64,000 bases of DNA from the human T2T-CHM13v2.0 reference genome, Homo sapiens, in assembly GCF_009914755.1 (NCBI RefSeq), contig NC_060937.1; one strand, written 5' to 3'. The notes beneath the pieces are model-generated. The model was given only the letters and a program-made list of their open reading frames with translations. It had not been told where the DNA came from and did not search any database. Numbering within the stretch: the stretch's first letter is position 1; each line of letters opens with the position of its first letter. Of the stretch, positions 27,020 through 40,447 are shown piece by piece. A program made the position numbers and the translations under genes.

Positions 27020-28410
27020 CTTTTTAAGCCACCACTATTCCTTGCCTAAATTATTACAAGTCTCCTGGCTATCTCCTCCTTCCATTCTCATCCCATTATA
27101 ATTCTCTTCTCACAGAATAAATTGGATTGTGCCTTTCCCCTGCTTTAAACCAGCCAGTGTCTCTCACTGGTCTTGGAATGGGAAAAAAAGCTCCTTTCCC
27201 AAGACCTCATGGTCTTAAGACATCCATTCTGACCATCTGAAGAAGCTCATCTCCTCCATTCTCTTCCCCCTGCCCTCCCTCCACACTGGCCTTCCTGCTG
27301 ATCCTAAAACATGGGCTTGGGCTTGCTGTTATCACTGCCTGGAGCTCCAGTGCCCCAGATCATCACATTTCTGACTTGTTTTCATCAGTCATCTACTCCT
27401 CCATGAAGCCTTCCTTGACTGTTGCAGCTAAAGCACCAAAAATCTAGGTCTTCTACCCGTATCTCATTACTCTTTATCCAGTTGTCAGTTCTCCCCACTT
27501 TGCAGCAATTATTACTATCTGAAATTATCTTATTATTTCTTTTGGGCAGGTCTGTGCATGTTTCATCTGGTTCTCTGCACCAACATGCCAACTCTTTGAG
27601 AACATAAACTTGTATGCCTGATTCCCTCGATATCCCTACACTAAATATGTGTTTCTGGCAAGCATTAATGACCAAACATGATTTCCTCTATTTTGATCCT
27701 CATCATAATCCTGTAACCACCACTTCAGACATTACCCTACCATTCTACTGGGCAGCCTCCAAGTATTTAACAATTTGCCCAAGTCAGTTCACAAGTCATA
27801 ACATCAGAATCCAACTCAGACCTCCTCATTCCATGCTTTCTAATTTCCTCAACATAGCACACTCCTTTTCATATCACCTGTTAAGCCCAATACTTTAAGG
27901 CCATTCATAATTGCTACCTAATTTATTCTTTCTAATTTAAAAAAACTATTTCCCAATATATTCTCCCACATTGCAGCTAAGCTACGTGCTCACTTTTCCC
28001 TGGACATGCCCCCATGCTCCTCTGATTCTCTTCTTTTGCTCATGCTGTGCTTGTTGCCTGGAATGTTGCTCTTTTTCCTCCTCTCCCAGCCCATCTATGT
28101 ATGCTGAAATCCTACCTCTTTTTAAAGTTCCATAGAACATATTACCCTCTTCGTGCAGAATATATAATTCAATGCGCTGTTTATCCCTCTTGAATTCTTG
28201 TAGCTCTCTACACACCCTACATCCCAAAAGCTTTGTTTTAACTTTCCTTGTTATACATCATTGTTATCTGCTTGGTCTTATAGCTCTACAATACATTTGC
28301 CATTCTCCTCTGCCCTCTCCAGAGCACATGCTCCCCGCAGGGTTCCATGTCTATCCAAATTCCCTGTTAACATCCTTTGTACAATGCCATACACTGTATG
28401 TTTGCTGAAT
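27020..28410 (+). mobile_element. L2 fragments with a MIR (-, ~27670-27830)
   Basis: ccacactggccttcctgctgatcctaaaacat; gttgcctggaatg; tgtttgctgaat. Confidence 0.6.
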
Positions 28411-29067
28411 TCACTTGATCTACATGACTGCACCTACAGAGCTTTTTATCTCAGAAATATTATGGAAGAGGCCTATAACATCCAATGTGTGTGATGCAAA
28501 TGTGGTCTTACAGATCTATGAAAGAATTGGGAAGACGTAAGGAGAGAAAAGCAAACAGAACTATCATGTGTTCCTATAAATCACTCTGAGAAGCTTCTTT
28601 TCAGGTTTCAGAAGAGGAACAAAGAACATAGATACTCATCTATTATTCCCCTCTCTGAGAAGATAAAACATCGGATGAAAGAGAGAGAGAAAGAACAACT
28701 GACCTTACATTAGCCCCATTGATTGCTGACAAATAGATTACAAAGCATGGGAATTTATTCAACTCTATGTATGCCTGAGGCTTGACTGAATAGCCACCCA
28801 AAGGTATGATGTTGGTGGCTGCCAAGCCCTGGTCACAAGAGTCAGGGCAAGTCAGAAACCATGGCAGTGGCCAAAAAGAATCCTGTGTAGTGTCATGGTG
28901 TCAGTGCATTTCTGGGCTGGAGACTGGTTAGGGCCTCAAATTGTTTCTACAGTTTCTTAGAAAGTCAATGGCCTACCTTGGTCAAAAACTTCATCCTCTT
29001 TCATTCCACCCATTCCCACCCCCTTTTTTTTTTTTTAGGGTCTTTTCAGGTTCTCAAGACCAATAGT

Positions 29068-29424
29068 CAGAGATAGGTTCACTATGAAGCTAATGAAGAT
29101 TAAGATTTGGAACCCCTCAGGTGCATAAGCCCTGTAGTACAGAGAATAACTAACACTTTTAAAGAATTCTAAATGAGGAGGGAAAGACAGTTTAGAAGAG
29201 GGAAGTATTCCTAAGAAAGCATTTCTGGCAAAATGGCCAAAAAGAGCTTGAAAAGAAGAGATATGAATTTCTGAGCTTCCAGTAATTTGTTACAATATCT
29301 TTACTCATTCCAAATAAATATTTATATTCATATCTAATTTGTAATTTTGTATTATTTTTCTTAAAGATGATCCCTCCCACAAAGTAGGTAGGCTTCAGGC
29401 TCCGCAAAACCTGAAACTGCCCCT
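29068..29424. mobile_element. hAT-Tip100-type DNA transposon (MER69/Arthur-like)
   Basis: tgaagctaatgaagattaag..cccctca..; cttcaggctccgcaaaacctgaaactgcccct. Confidence 0.55.
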
Positions 29425-31699
29425 AAAATAGTGTTAACACGAAAAAAGAATGAATGACTTCACTCATTTGACAACATTTGCCAAATACCAACTCATGCTC
29501 ACAGAGCACAGTGAATGTTGTTGAAGAGAAGAATGCCCAGCACTGGGGCCACACAGGCGAGCAAGGTAGATGTGGTCCTTGTGTTTGAGAACTTGTAGGA
29601 CTGTCAGGACATCAGTGAGCTCATGGTAGATTCACATTCCCTATAATTCACGTTCACTATAATGAGGTAAATTCCTCAGTTCAGCTCTTACAGCTTAGGA
29701 AAGAGCCAGTTGACCATCCATCCAATCTCTTTTGATCCTGTGACTCACAGAAGATGTGGACATGGATCTCCACAGTGATCCTTGACCAAGCCAAAAATCA
29801 TAGTTGACTGCCCTCCCCAAACCCCAAACCCAAAACAGTATTTGTGCCCACTCAACTCACCAGTCTACAAAAAAATGGGACAGACTGGATCAGGTTCATA
29901 AGACACGGGGGTCATCCAAGCCACTGGCCACCTTGGGAGGACCACCCACCAGTCAAGCTGGAAGAAGTGCCAGTTATTAGCTACAGCAGAGCTCATCCAC
30001 CCATTTAAACAATAAATAAATAAAGCATCTATTCCTGGGCTTCACTACAAAACTCAAAGGTTTTGTAGAGTTAGGGTTTAACAGGTTGGGGGAGGATAAA
30101 AATGAAATTGTTTCAAAATCACAAAAACAGCAAGGCCAGCAAGGTACATTGAGTTCTTTAGTACTACTAAAACCGGGGAGGGGGGGGCGCGGCTGCTAAC
30201 TTAAATAGCAAGGCCAAGATCAGCATATTGATTCATTAAATCATTCAGCAAATATTTATTGAGTGCCTAGCATGTGTTAGAGCACACATCTATGAAAAAA
30301 ACAGGATCGCTGTCCTCTTGATGCTGACACTCTAGCAGAAGGAGATAGACAACCAGTGACAGCTGAGAGATCAGGGAGATGGCATGTGCAGGATACAGAA
30401 GATCTGGAGTGTTGGGGCAAAGAGAGGTATGTGTTTCCTGAGAATAGGCATTTCTTTGGCTTTGCCCTGATATGCATCAGAAGGGCTGCAGCAAGGGCAG
30501 GGACTGGTGTTTTCAAACAGAAGCAGGTAACCCCACAACAAGAAAGGGTCGCTCAAACACAACACACATTGACACGATCACTCAGCAGGAGGTACACAAT
30601 AAACAAGTATTTTTGAAATGTAATTTTTCCAGCCAGAGAAAAGATTTCATTGATCATCATTTAAAATAGATTTTCATTTCACATCATCTAACTAACTTAA
30701 AAGGCAACGACCATAAATTCCATTTAATAGGTGGTTCCACTGGGGAGGACTGGTGGGGCAATTGTCAATTAGGTATTGCATAAAAGGATGCAAATATCTC
30801 ATAAAAGTGATGGGAGATTATATTATTGCATTAACCATGTCGTTCTTGCCATGCTGTTACACACCATAGAATAATAACTAACACATTTACAAGGTGGAAA
30901 TCATTCCGAATGTGCTTTTAAACTGTGTGCAAATGCAAATTGTCTTGAATCAGTTCTTAGCACCTTTGGTCAGCCACTTTCTAATCTTCTATTTGCAGGG
31001 GAAAATAATTAATGGGTGAAGTATCTGATAGCATAGGTTATGGGCTCCAGCAAGACATTTTCCAATATGTGTTGTTTTACAGCTGTGCCTTTGAAAGCTA
31101 GGCTGTCAAATCTATAAAAATATAAAAGTGATTAATCCCAACCATAAAAACTTCTAATGATGCCATGCTTCAGCCTCCAATTTTTTCCCAGCTTCTAAGG
31201 TAAAGAATTTCAAAATGCCAACAGAATAATTTGGCAGGAGGGCAGGCTAGTATAATATGAAGTAGATGTGGAAGAGTAGAAAACAGAGAGAGCCTAGGCT
31301 TGTTTACACGGAGGGGGTCAGTCTCAAAAAGAAGAAAACAGGATGGGATGTACCCAATAATTCACTCGAAACAGTAAACAGCCAAGAAGTCAGAAGCAAT
31401 ACTGATGACATCAGATTTTAATGTTCATTTATGAGTTATGAATAAGGGAATTGGTTAATACAACTTAGCTTGTGCCCCCCTCCCCCACTCAGAAAAAAAA
31501 AAAAAACCTTGGTTGTCTGGAGCTCCTAGTTGAGATGCAGTTGCAGAAGGTACGCTCAAACTCAAGTCAAAAGAAATAGCTTTGTTGGGAGGGGAAGCAG
31601 AGTCACATTACATATCAAGAAGAAATATAACTCTATGGATATTCTCAAACTTGAGGGAGAGGCATTCAGGAAAGTATGTTAAAGAAAAGATAGTATAGG

Positions 31700-33210
31700 G
31701 ATCTAGCAGTGACAAAAATCACTGTTTTTCTGGATGGAGATAGTAAACAAGTAGGCAAAACGTAGTAGTATAACAGATAAGTGCTATGGAGAAAAATAAA
31801 ACAGGGAATGGGAAAAGGGAGTACTATTAAAATGGGGGTGGGGGGGTTGCTAACTTAAATTGGGTTGCTGGTGGAACCTCACCGAGAAGGCAGCATTTGA
31901 GCAGAGACCGGAATAAGTGATCCATGCCAATATCAGAGGAAAGAGCCAAAAATCATAGTTGACTGCCATCCCCGAACCCAAAACAGTATTTGTGCTCACT
32001 CACCTCACCAGTCTACAAAAAAATGGGACAGACTGGATCAGGTTCATAAGACATGGGAGCCATCCAAGCCACTGGCCACCTTGGGAGGACCACCCATCAA
32101 TATGATGTTGGTGGCTGCCAAGCCCCGATCACAGGAGTCAGGGCAAGTCAGAAACCATAGCAGTGGCCAGAAAGAATCCTATGTAGCATCATGGTGTCAG
32201 TGCATTTCTGGGCTGGAGCCTAGTTTTGTCTTGTCAGGTTCTCAAGACCAATAGTCAGAGGTAGGTTTACTGTAAAGCTAATGAAAATTAAGATTTGGAA
32301 TCTCTCAGGTGCATAAGCCCTGTAAGCAACAACAGCAGGTGCAAAAGCATGAGGTGAGAAAATGCCTGGCACTTTGGGCATCCAGCAAAGAAGCTGGTAT
32401 GGCTGGAACAGGATGGGAGTAGGTGAGATGGCAGGAGGTGCACCTAGAGAGGTAATGGGGACAGTCAGGAAGGGGCTTGTAGGCTATGGTAAGGACTCTG
32501 GCCATTGGCAGATTCTGAGCAGCCAGCAGAATTATGGCTGTGTTGAGAACAGGCTGAAGAGGGCAAGAGTGGATGTAGGGCAGCTGATGTAACAATTCCA
32601 GGTGTGGCATGGCAATGGCAATGTCCAGGGGGTAACAGTGGAGATGATGAGAAGTGGCTGGATTCTGAATATGTTTATGAGGTAGAGCCAACAGGATTTG
32701 CTGATGAATTGGCAATGGGAGTTGAAAGAGAAATAAAGAGTAACTCTGAAATTTTTGACTTGAGCACTGAAAAGAATTGAATTGCTATAAATGGGGTGGG
32801 GAAGATCTCAGGTATAGCAGGTTTGGAGACAAAAGTAGCAAGAGTTTGGTTTTGACTAAAACATTTTGCATGTTTACTATACAGAGAAGTGAAGATTTTA
32901 TTTAGGTAGTTAGATACACAAATCTTGAACTGAGAGAAGAGGTCAGGCTGGAGATACAAATTGAGAAGTTGTGAGCACATACACAGTTGTTAAAGCTATC
33001 AGACTGGATGAGATAATATAGACAATGGTATGGAGAGAGAAGAGAAGAGGTCCAAGGTTTCAGCCTTACGTGCTTCAACATTTAGCAGTCAGGGCTGAGG
33101 GTGAAGAAGCAGTGGAAGCCCAGAAGGAGTGAACAATGAGGCAGAAGGAAAACTAGATGAATATGGTGTCCTAGAAGGCTCATAAAGAAAGTGCATCAAG
33201 GAGAAGAACA
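31700..33210 (-). mobile_element. L2a LINE interrupted by a non-L2 insert at 31944-32324
   Basis: aagtgctatggagaaaaataaa..gcatttgagcagagac..ccatgccaatatcagaggaaagagc [insert] aacagcaggtgcaaaag..gagaagtggctggattctgaatatg. Confidence 0.85.
31944..32324 (+). repeat. Composite local duplication: copies of 29789-29948, ~28794-28933 and 29035-29136
   Basis: Aligned by eye, ~92-95% identity per segment. Confidence 0.93.
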
Positions 33211-33364
33211 GGAGTCCAAAGCATTGTTGAAGTCATGGAAATAGAGGAAATGAGTTGCAAATAGGTGGTAATTTAAGAATGGGATTCCTGAAGTTGGGAA
33301 GATGGAGGGAGTGGCAGGCAGAATTCTAAGGAAGGAATACACATGGAAATGGATTGCTTAAAAC

Positions 33365-33459
33365 TCTTCATGGTCTTGTACCTCATTAAAAAAAAAGGTC
33401 TTGTACCCCATTTAAAAAAAAAGGTCTTCATGGTCTTGTACCCCATTAAAAAAATGGTC
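33365..33459. repeat. Imperfect triple tandem repeat of ggtcttgtacc(t/c)catt(A)n
   Basis: Directly visible. Confidence 0.9.
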
Positions 33460-33734
33460 AAGGGGGGTTCTCCACCCCAGACACAAGTTCACTGGTCAAT
33501 ATGACTCATACTTTCTCATCTTTTTATAAACATCCAACAACTCCTCCTCCTTCCTCCTGATTCCTCTTTCACATACACAAAAAAATAGAAGCTTCCATAT
33601 GTCCCCCACCACATTTTGCCCACCATCTGTATCATGTCCATGCACTCTGCCTTCCCTTGTATTATTATGGACGCATGTCCTTACTGCCATTTGAACAGTC
33701 TCAAAAGGTTCCATGGAAAAAGAAAACTAGAGAG

Positions 33735-33865
33735 AGAGAGAGAGGATGCAAATACAAGAAAATGTTAACAATTGTTGAATTTATGTGAAGAATATATGGG
33801 TGTTCATTGTGCCATCCTTGCAACTTTGTGAATTTAAAATTTTCCAAAATAAAATTTTGGGAAAT
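33735..33865 (+). mobile_element. L1ME-type 3' end
   Basis: aaaatgttaacaattgttgaat..tatatgggtgttcattgt..tttccaaaataaaa. Confidence 0.75.
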
Positions 33866-33869
33866 ACAC

Positions 33870-34703
<834 letters not shown>

Positions 34704-34709
34704 TCTACG

Positions 34710-36300
34710 TCTAAAAGTTTGGGTATCTAATTGTAGGGAAATGTCTTATGAGTGCTAGGCAGCTTTAAGAATCTGTTTGAATTAGTACTCACAGGTTTAA
34801 AGGATGATCAGTCAGTGTAGGAGTATGCTTTTCTCTAGCCACTTTTATCTACATGGATACAGGGATGAGAAAAAAGTAGAGTCAGATTTAACCATTTTGG
34901 AGTTTTGTCAGGCAAATTAAACAAACGGAGAGAAGAAAAGAGAGCTAATGGTATATTTAAATGAGTGATTATGGTGATTGATCATATGCTGATAAAGGAG
35001 GGCAGTAGAGAGAGGATGGGGATGAGGGACATAAAAATGTGGGAGATTGTGAGTTCAAAGTATCATTGAAGTCATGGAGACAGAGGAAGTGAGCTAGAGA
35101 TAGTAGGTGGTAGTTTAAGAATAGAACTCTTCAAGTTAAGAACATTGAGGGTGTGGTAGGCAGAATTCTAAAATGACCCCCCCTTCTCTCATGACTCAGC
35201 CCTTGGATAGTCTTCTCTGTTTGAGTGTGGGAGGAACCTATGAAGATATGAATATTGCATAGGTGATTGGGTGATGTTACATAGCACAGCTGACTTTAAG
35301 TAAAGAAAGTTAGCCTCAGATAGTCTGACCTAATCAGACATGTAGAACTGACCAATAAGAACTGACCTAACCAGGTGAGTCCTTACAAGGGACAGAGCTC
35401 TCCCTGATAAAAGACATTCAAAACATGAGAAGCACCCTATAGAAAAGAGAATCTCCGTTGTTGCCTATGAAGATTTAGGGGGTCACGTGTCAAGGAATGT
35501 GGGTGGCATCTAGGAGCAGAGAATGGCCCAGACTGACAGCCAGCAAGGCAATGGGGACCTCAGTTCACAACGTCAAGTAACGGAAGTCTGCCACAACCAT
35601 GTGAGGGCCATTTGAGAATGCAGACTGGTGAGACACTGAGCCGAGAATCCCAGCAGTGCGCCCAGATGTCTAACCTACACAACCTTGAGCTAATCAATGG
35701 GTCTTGTTTTAAGCCACTCACTTGTGCTTATTTCCTTTCCAATCCTTTGTGGTAATGTCAAGTTTTAAGATATATGAGCAAAGGATTGAGAGTATAAGGT
35801 TGGGTAAAAGACGATAAACTTGAGGAACTAAAATGCATTGGGATATCTACTTGAATTTACCTGTAATTATAAAAGGACTATGGTGAGGAGAGGGTCAGTG
35901 AACCAGGAGTTAAAATCTTCAGAAAATGAAAGAGAATGACCTAGGGGAAGGGGTCTATGGATGACAGAAACTAGGAGAGATGGGTGTGGAATATGCTGAT
36001 GGTATAAATTACATAGCTGGGGTGAGGGAGCAAAGAGGACAGATAGGAATGGTTTAGAACAGTAATGTGGAGCAAGAAGGACAGCACCCCACCTCTAGGC
36101 GCAGTGGTAGGAGGGCTGTCAGAAAGAAAACAACACCCACTTGAAAAAACTGCTGGAAAAATATTGACTTCAGCAGAGAGTCAAATTTCAGGTAGAGGAA
36201 GAAGGTGGAGAGAATTAGAAGTGGTGGAAATATGGGAGGTCTTTCTAATAACTGACCCAGAACTCTGGAAATCACAGTAGAAAATGTAGAAGGTGTTGAG
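34710..36300 (-). mobile_element. L2 body interrupted by an MLT1 LTR
   Basis: Purine-rich L2 ORF2 antisense-like sequence (gaaccaggagttaaaatcttca, gtttagaacagtaatgtggagcaagaagga). Confidence 0.55.
35152..35730 (+). mobile_element. MaLR LTR (MLT1E/F-like)
   Basis: tgtggtaggcagaattctaaaatgacccc..tctaggagcagagaatggccca..gacagccagcaagg..gttttaagccact. Confidence 0.85.
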
Positions 36301-36759
36301 ACATAGGATATGGGATTAGAGAAGGGAATGGGAGACCCTTAGGGGATGAGAATCCCGCAACGAGCACTGACTTAGGAAGTCTTCATATCTAGTGGTAACT
36401 GATAAGTAAGGATAATAAAAGGCACACATCATGATGATCTCAAGGAGATAATGGCAGACAAGCTTTGAATATTGAAAAGAAGAACTGTTCTCTTACTAAA
36501 GAATGTGATACATGAGGAGTCTTTATTTCTGCTGATGAAGGTGCAAAAGCTTGGAGAGAGGCAGAGCACCCAGACCACTGGGGAACCCTCTCCAATGGGA
36601 TAGAGGTGGATATGAGGTTACCATACACTCTGCACACTCAGGAAATGTAGGTTGAAAATTTGGGTTGAGCTTTCTGCAGCCCAAGCAAAGAGGAAAATGT
36701 AACATTTAAATGAGCCAAAGAGTCCACAAGATAATAATAGAGAAAGCCAGCTATGGTAC

Positions 36760-37194
36760 TGTCTCAGTCTATTTTGTGTTGCTATAATAGAATACCCAAG
36801 GCTGCATAATTTATAAAGAAAAGAGGTTTATTTGGCTCATAATTCTGGTGTCTGGGAAGTCCAAGAGCATGGTGCTGGCATCTGCTTAGCTTCCAGGAAG
36901 GACTATGTCCTGCATCACAACATGGCGAAGAAGCAGAAAGGTGTGCAGCATGTGCAAAGAAACCTAACACAAGAGGCAGCCTCACCTATTACAACCCACT
37001 CTTGCAGGAACTAACCTATTTCTGTGAGAGTGAGAACTCACTTACTCCCATGATATGGCATTAATCATTCATGAGGGTGGTGCTTTCATGATCCAACCAC
37101 CACCTTTCATTAGGTCCCACCTCCCAACATTGCCACATTGGGAATCCTGTTTCAACATGAGATTCGATGTGGACAAACCATATTCAAACCATCA
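36760..37194 (-). mobile_element. MaLR LTR (MST family)
   Basis: tgtctcagtctattttgtgttgctataa..aatttataaagaaaagaggtttatttggctca..tttcaacatgagatt..attcaaaccat. Confidence 0.88.
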
Positions 37195-38474
37195 ATCCAC
37201 GGCAAATGCCTTATCCTAAGAACTAAGAGAAAGTTCTCCCTTGTCTTCTAAAGAGGACAAGTAGTGATGAAGTGAATACTGTTCTCAGCAATAGTATCTA
37301 TAGTAAATACAGCAGTAAATTCTACATGTCTGCTTTTCTCAATGTCCTTCAACACAGAGTGATAGTGTAATGCTTCAGGAACTTTAAATCTTTAGCTTAA
37401 ACCAAGGAAAGATTTTAGTGTATCAAATACAATGGGTTGCACACCTTCTCAGCAATGCTTCATAAATATTGTCCCTCTCATTTATGTATGTTCTAATTAT
37501 TGAGCAGCAGTAAGTTTGAAGTTAAATTTAACAACAAATCTCTATAAAGGAGCTCTTCTCTGTTGCAGGTCAGAAGCACAACCACTGTGGGCAAAAGACA
37601 AGTATTTAATTTATAAATGGAGGTGGACCAAGGAGAATATTGATTCTCTTCAATGCAGATCCCACATTATATACAAATAAATGGATGATTAAAGTCATGC
37701 ACTGTAGAATACAGACATAATAATTTTAACTTAAAAAATGTTTTAAGTACATGTTACCAAATACTCACTTCGGCTAGAAAATAATAAGGGGCAGCAGCAC
37801 CCATTTAACTTTGAGTTACATAACTTCCTGATAAAATTTCCATAAAAAATGGGCTGCAAAATGTTACATCAAAAGAGAGGAATGTTTCATTGGAAGAAGA
37901 AAAAGAGAGAGAGATGAATGTTGTTTCACTGTATCCAGTTGTTATTCGACAAAAGCTATTGAGAAATATCTATAAAAAAATAAATTTTAAAATAGTCAAT
38001 ATGAAAGGCTTTTTGGGGGGAAATAATTAGATGGCAGGGCCAGTTGCCATTGAGTCTACTCTAACTTATGAAATTAAAGATTATGGGCTTGTGTTATAAG
38101 GAACATGGCCATTCCTGATGGACATCACAAAATGGCCCCAAGGAAGCCTGTGGCAGTGGTTAGGGCATCTTCTAGAAAAGGTGTCCCAGAAACAGATCAT
38201 CAGCCAAGTTTCCAGTCTTGCCCTGATGATAATTTCAACTGTGATCTAATAAAGGAAGCAACAAAAGAGTGGATTCTCTGAACTTCATTGAGAAAAACTA
38301 AGAGGTTTTCATTGAAATTGCTGGACATCTTGAGGAGAAGCAAACCTGCCATCTTAGAATTTCTGATATGCAGGAAAGGAAGCCTGGTCATAGCAGGGCA
38401 CAGGCTTTCACCTGCAACATTTTGCTCACATGATTTTATGGCTCAAGACTCTGTGAACTGTTGGGAGGGCAGGC

Positions 38475-38720
38475 AGCTGAATTAAGCATGTGGTAACACT
38501 TGCCATGTGCCTACTATGTTCATGTGCTTTATACACATGATTGTTTTTCATGTTCACAACACACCCATGAGAGGGCATCATCACCATCCCTATTGTCAGG
38601 AAGGGTGGAAGCCAAGTGACTGGGTAGAGGTCACAGAGACAACAAAGGACAGTACCAGGACTGGGACCTTGGTCAGCTTGGCTCCACTGCTGACCCTGGT
38701 TCAACCACACTTTCTCAGAA
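38475..38720 (-). mobile_element. MIR
   Basis: cctactatgttcatgtgctttatacacatg..aagtgactgggtagaggtcacagag. Confidence 0.65.
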
Positions 38721-39154
38721 AAGCCACGCTGTCTATACAAGGGAAAAGCACCCAATAACAAAGGTACAGTAGTGCTATCTTCATAAATGTGTGTATTTAT
38801 GCAGGGAGCTGTCCAAAAAGCTGAAAATATTTAAAAGCTGCTCAAAGGAATGAGAAGAGCACATAACCAAGGCAAGGAGAACATATTCTGAGGGGTAGAG
38901 TGAGCTTTATAGTGGCTGAGGCTAGTTTAAAATGCACAGGAAAACTAGGGGGAAACATTGTCTCATCTTCTTAGTCAGAACATGGCAACCAAGGAAATAG
39001 GCAGATTTCTCAAGGCCAGTGATGCAAGTGAAAGAATGACAAAGAGAAAGCAAAACTCTTCCACTCAAAGGTTGCATCCATTTTTCTGTCTCTAGAGAAA
39101 TTCAGAGATTTTTTTTTCTGGCAAATGCTTCAGCACTATAAAAGTTCCTATTCT

Positions 39155-39486
<332 letters not shown>

Positions 39487-40447
39487 TCAACAGCTTCTGT
39501 AGAAGTTCTGTATTACCAGTTCTGTAGAAGTTCTGTATTACCAGTTCTCTAGCAGCTTCAATTACATGTACGTGGAGTAAGTATTACGGGGCATGCCTGT
39601 GCATGTGTGCATGTGTGTGGGTGTGTGCACATGTATTTGCCATGGAAATGCCTGATTTTATAAATTACTACTAAGTTGAGAGGAATACAGATGAAAATTA
39701 TTTCAAGTCCCTTAGAAACAGAAGTCACTTTTTTTTCTGATATTTGAGAGAAATTGAGCATTTGGCTTTTATCTCCACCTGTTGTCTGCCTGCAAAGCTG
39801 GTGCTTGATATCGCTGCTCTAATTTTGTTTTGTTTTGATTCCTCTGAGAGATTCAAAGGCTCATAGAAATGTTCGTTGTAATTCAGCAATTAGTGTGTCT
39901 GCTGCTTTCCTTTTCTCCTGACCAAAAATGCAAGGTCACTCTGTCCTGTGAAAGTCATTTTCTGCCGACATCTTACACATTAATTTGCTGGCATTAAAAT
40001 CCAGAGGCAAAGAAGAGCAAAATGTCAAAAGTTCCAGTAGATTTTGGGCACAGAACAGTAGGAAAAAGTGAGTGAAAAAAAGCCTTCCAGGCAACTGCTC
40101 TTCTTTGATCCAAAAAAAGTGTTCCTTCAGTTTTTATGTATGAAAACAACAAAAAAGAACAGTTGAAAGGCACAAGCTTCTAAAAGACATCTCACTGGAA
40201 ATTACTTCTTCTAAAATACCGAGTTCACCTTGTCACTCCCCAGCTCTCCAGTCTTCTCTATAGATGATGTCTTCTCTATAGATGAATCCCCAATCTGGTT
40301 TCTCTAAAGTTAGTGTTCAACCTGCCTCCTAAGCTCGTTTCTCATTCCCCTACAGAACCATTCTATCTACTCAAAGTGTTTTGTACAAAAAAAAAAAAAA
40401 AAGGTTCTCATTTCCAGTCTTTCAAACACTATTTTCTAGCCTCAAAT

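Noticed and set aside
28927-29038. Segment skipped in the 32101-32324 copy looks like a GT..polypyrimidine-AG intron, suggesting a spliced RNA intermediate
   Set aside because: The copy's junction (ggagcctagttttgtc) is 4 nt longer than the spliced product and fits a ttaggg microhomology jump better. Segment order is scrambled, and there is no polyA or TSD.
28928-29040. TTAGGG hexamers as telomeric or interstitial telomere sequence
   Set aside because: Only isolated single hexamers, no array.
33365-33459. Repeat-spacer pattern resembling a CRISPR array
   Set aside because: Eukaryotic context; the 'spacers' are just A-runs; no cas genes.
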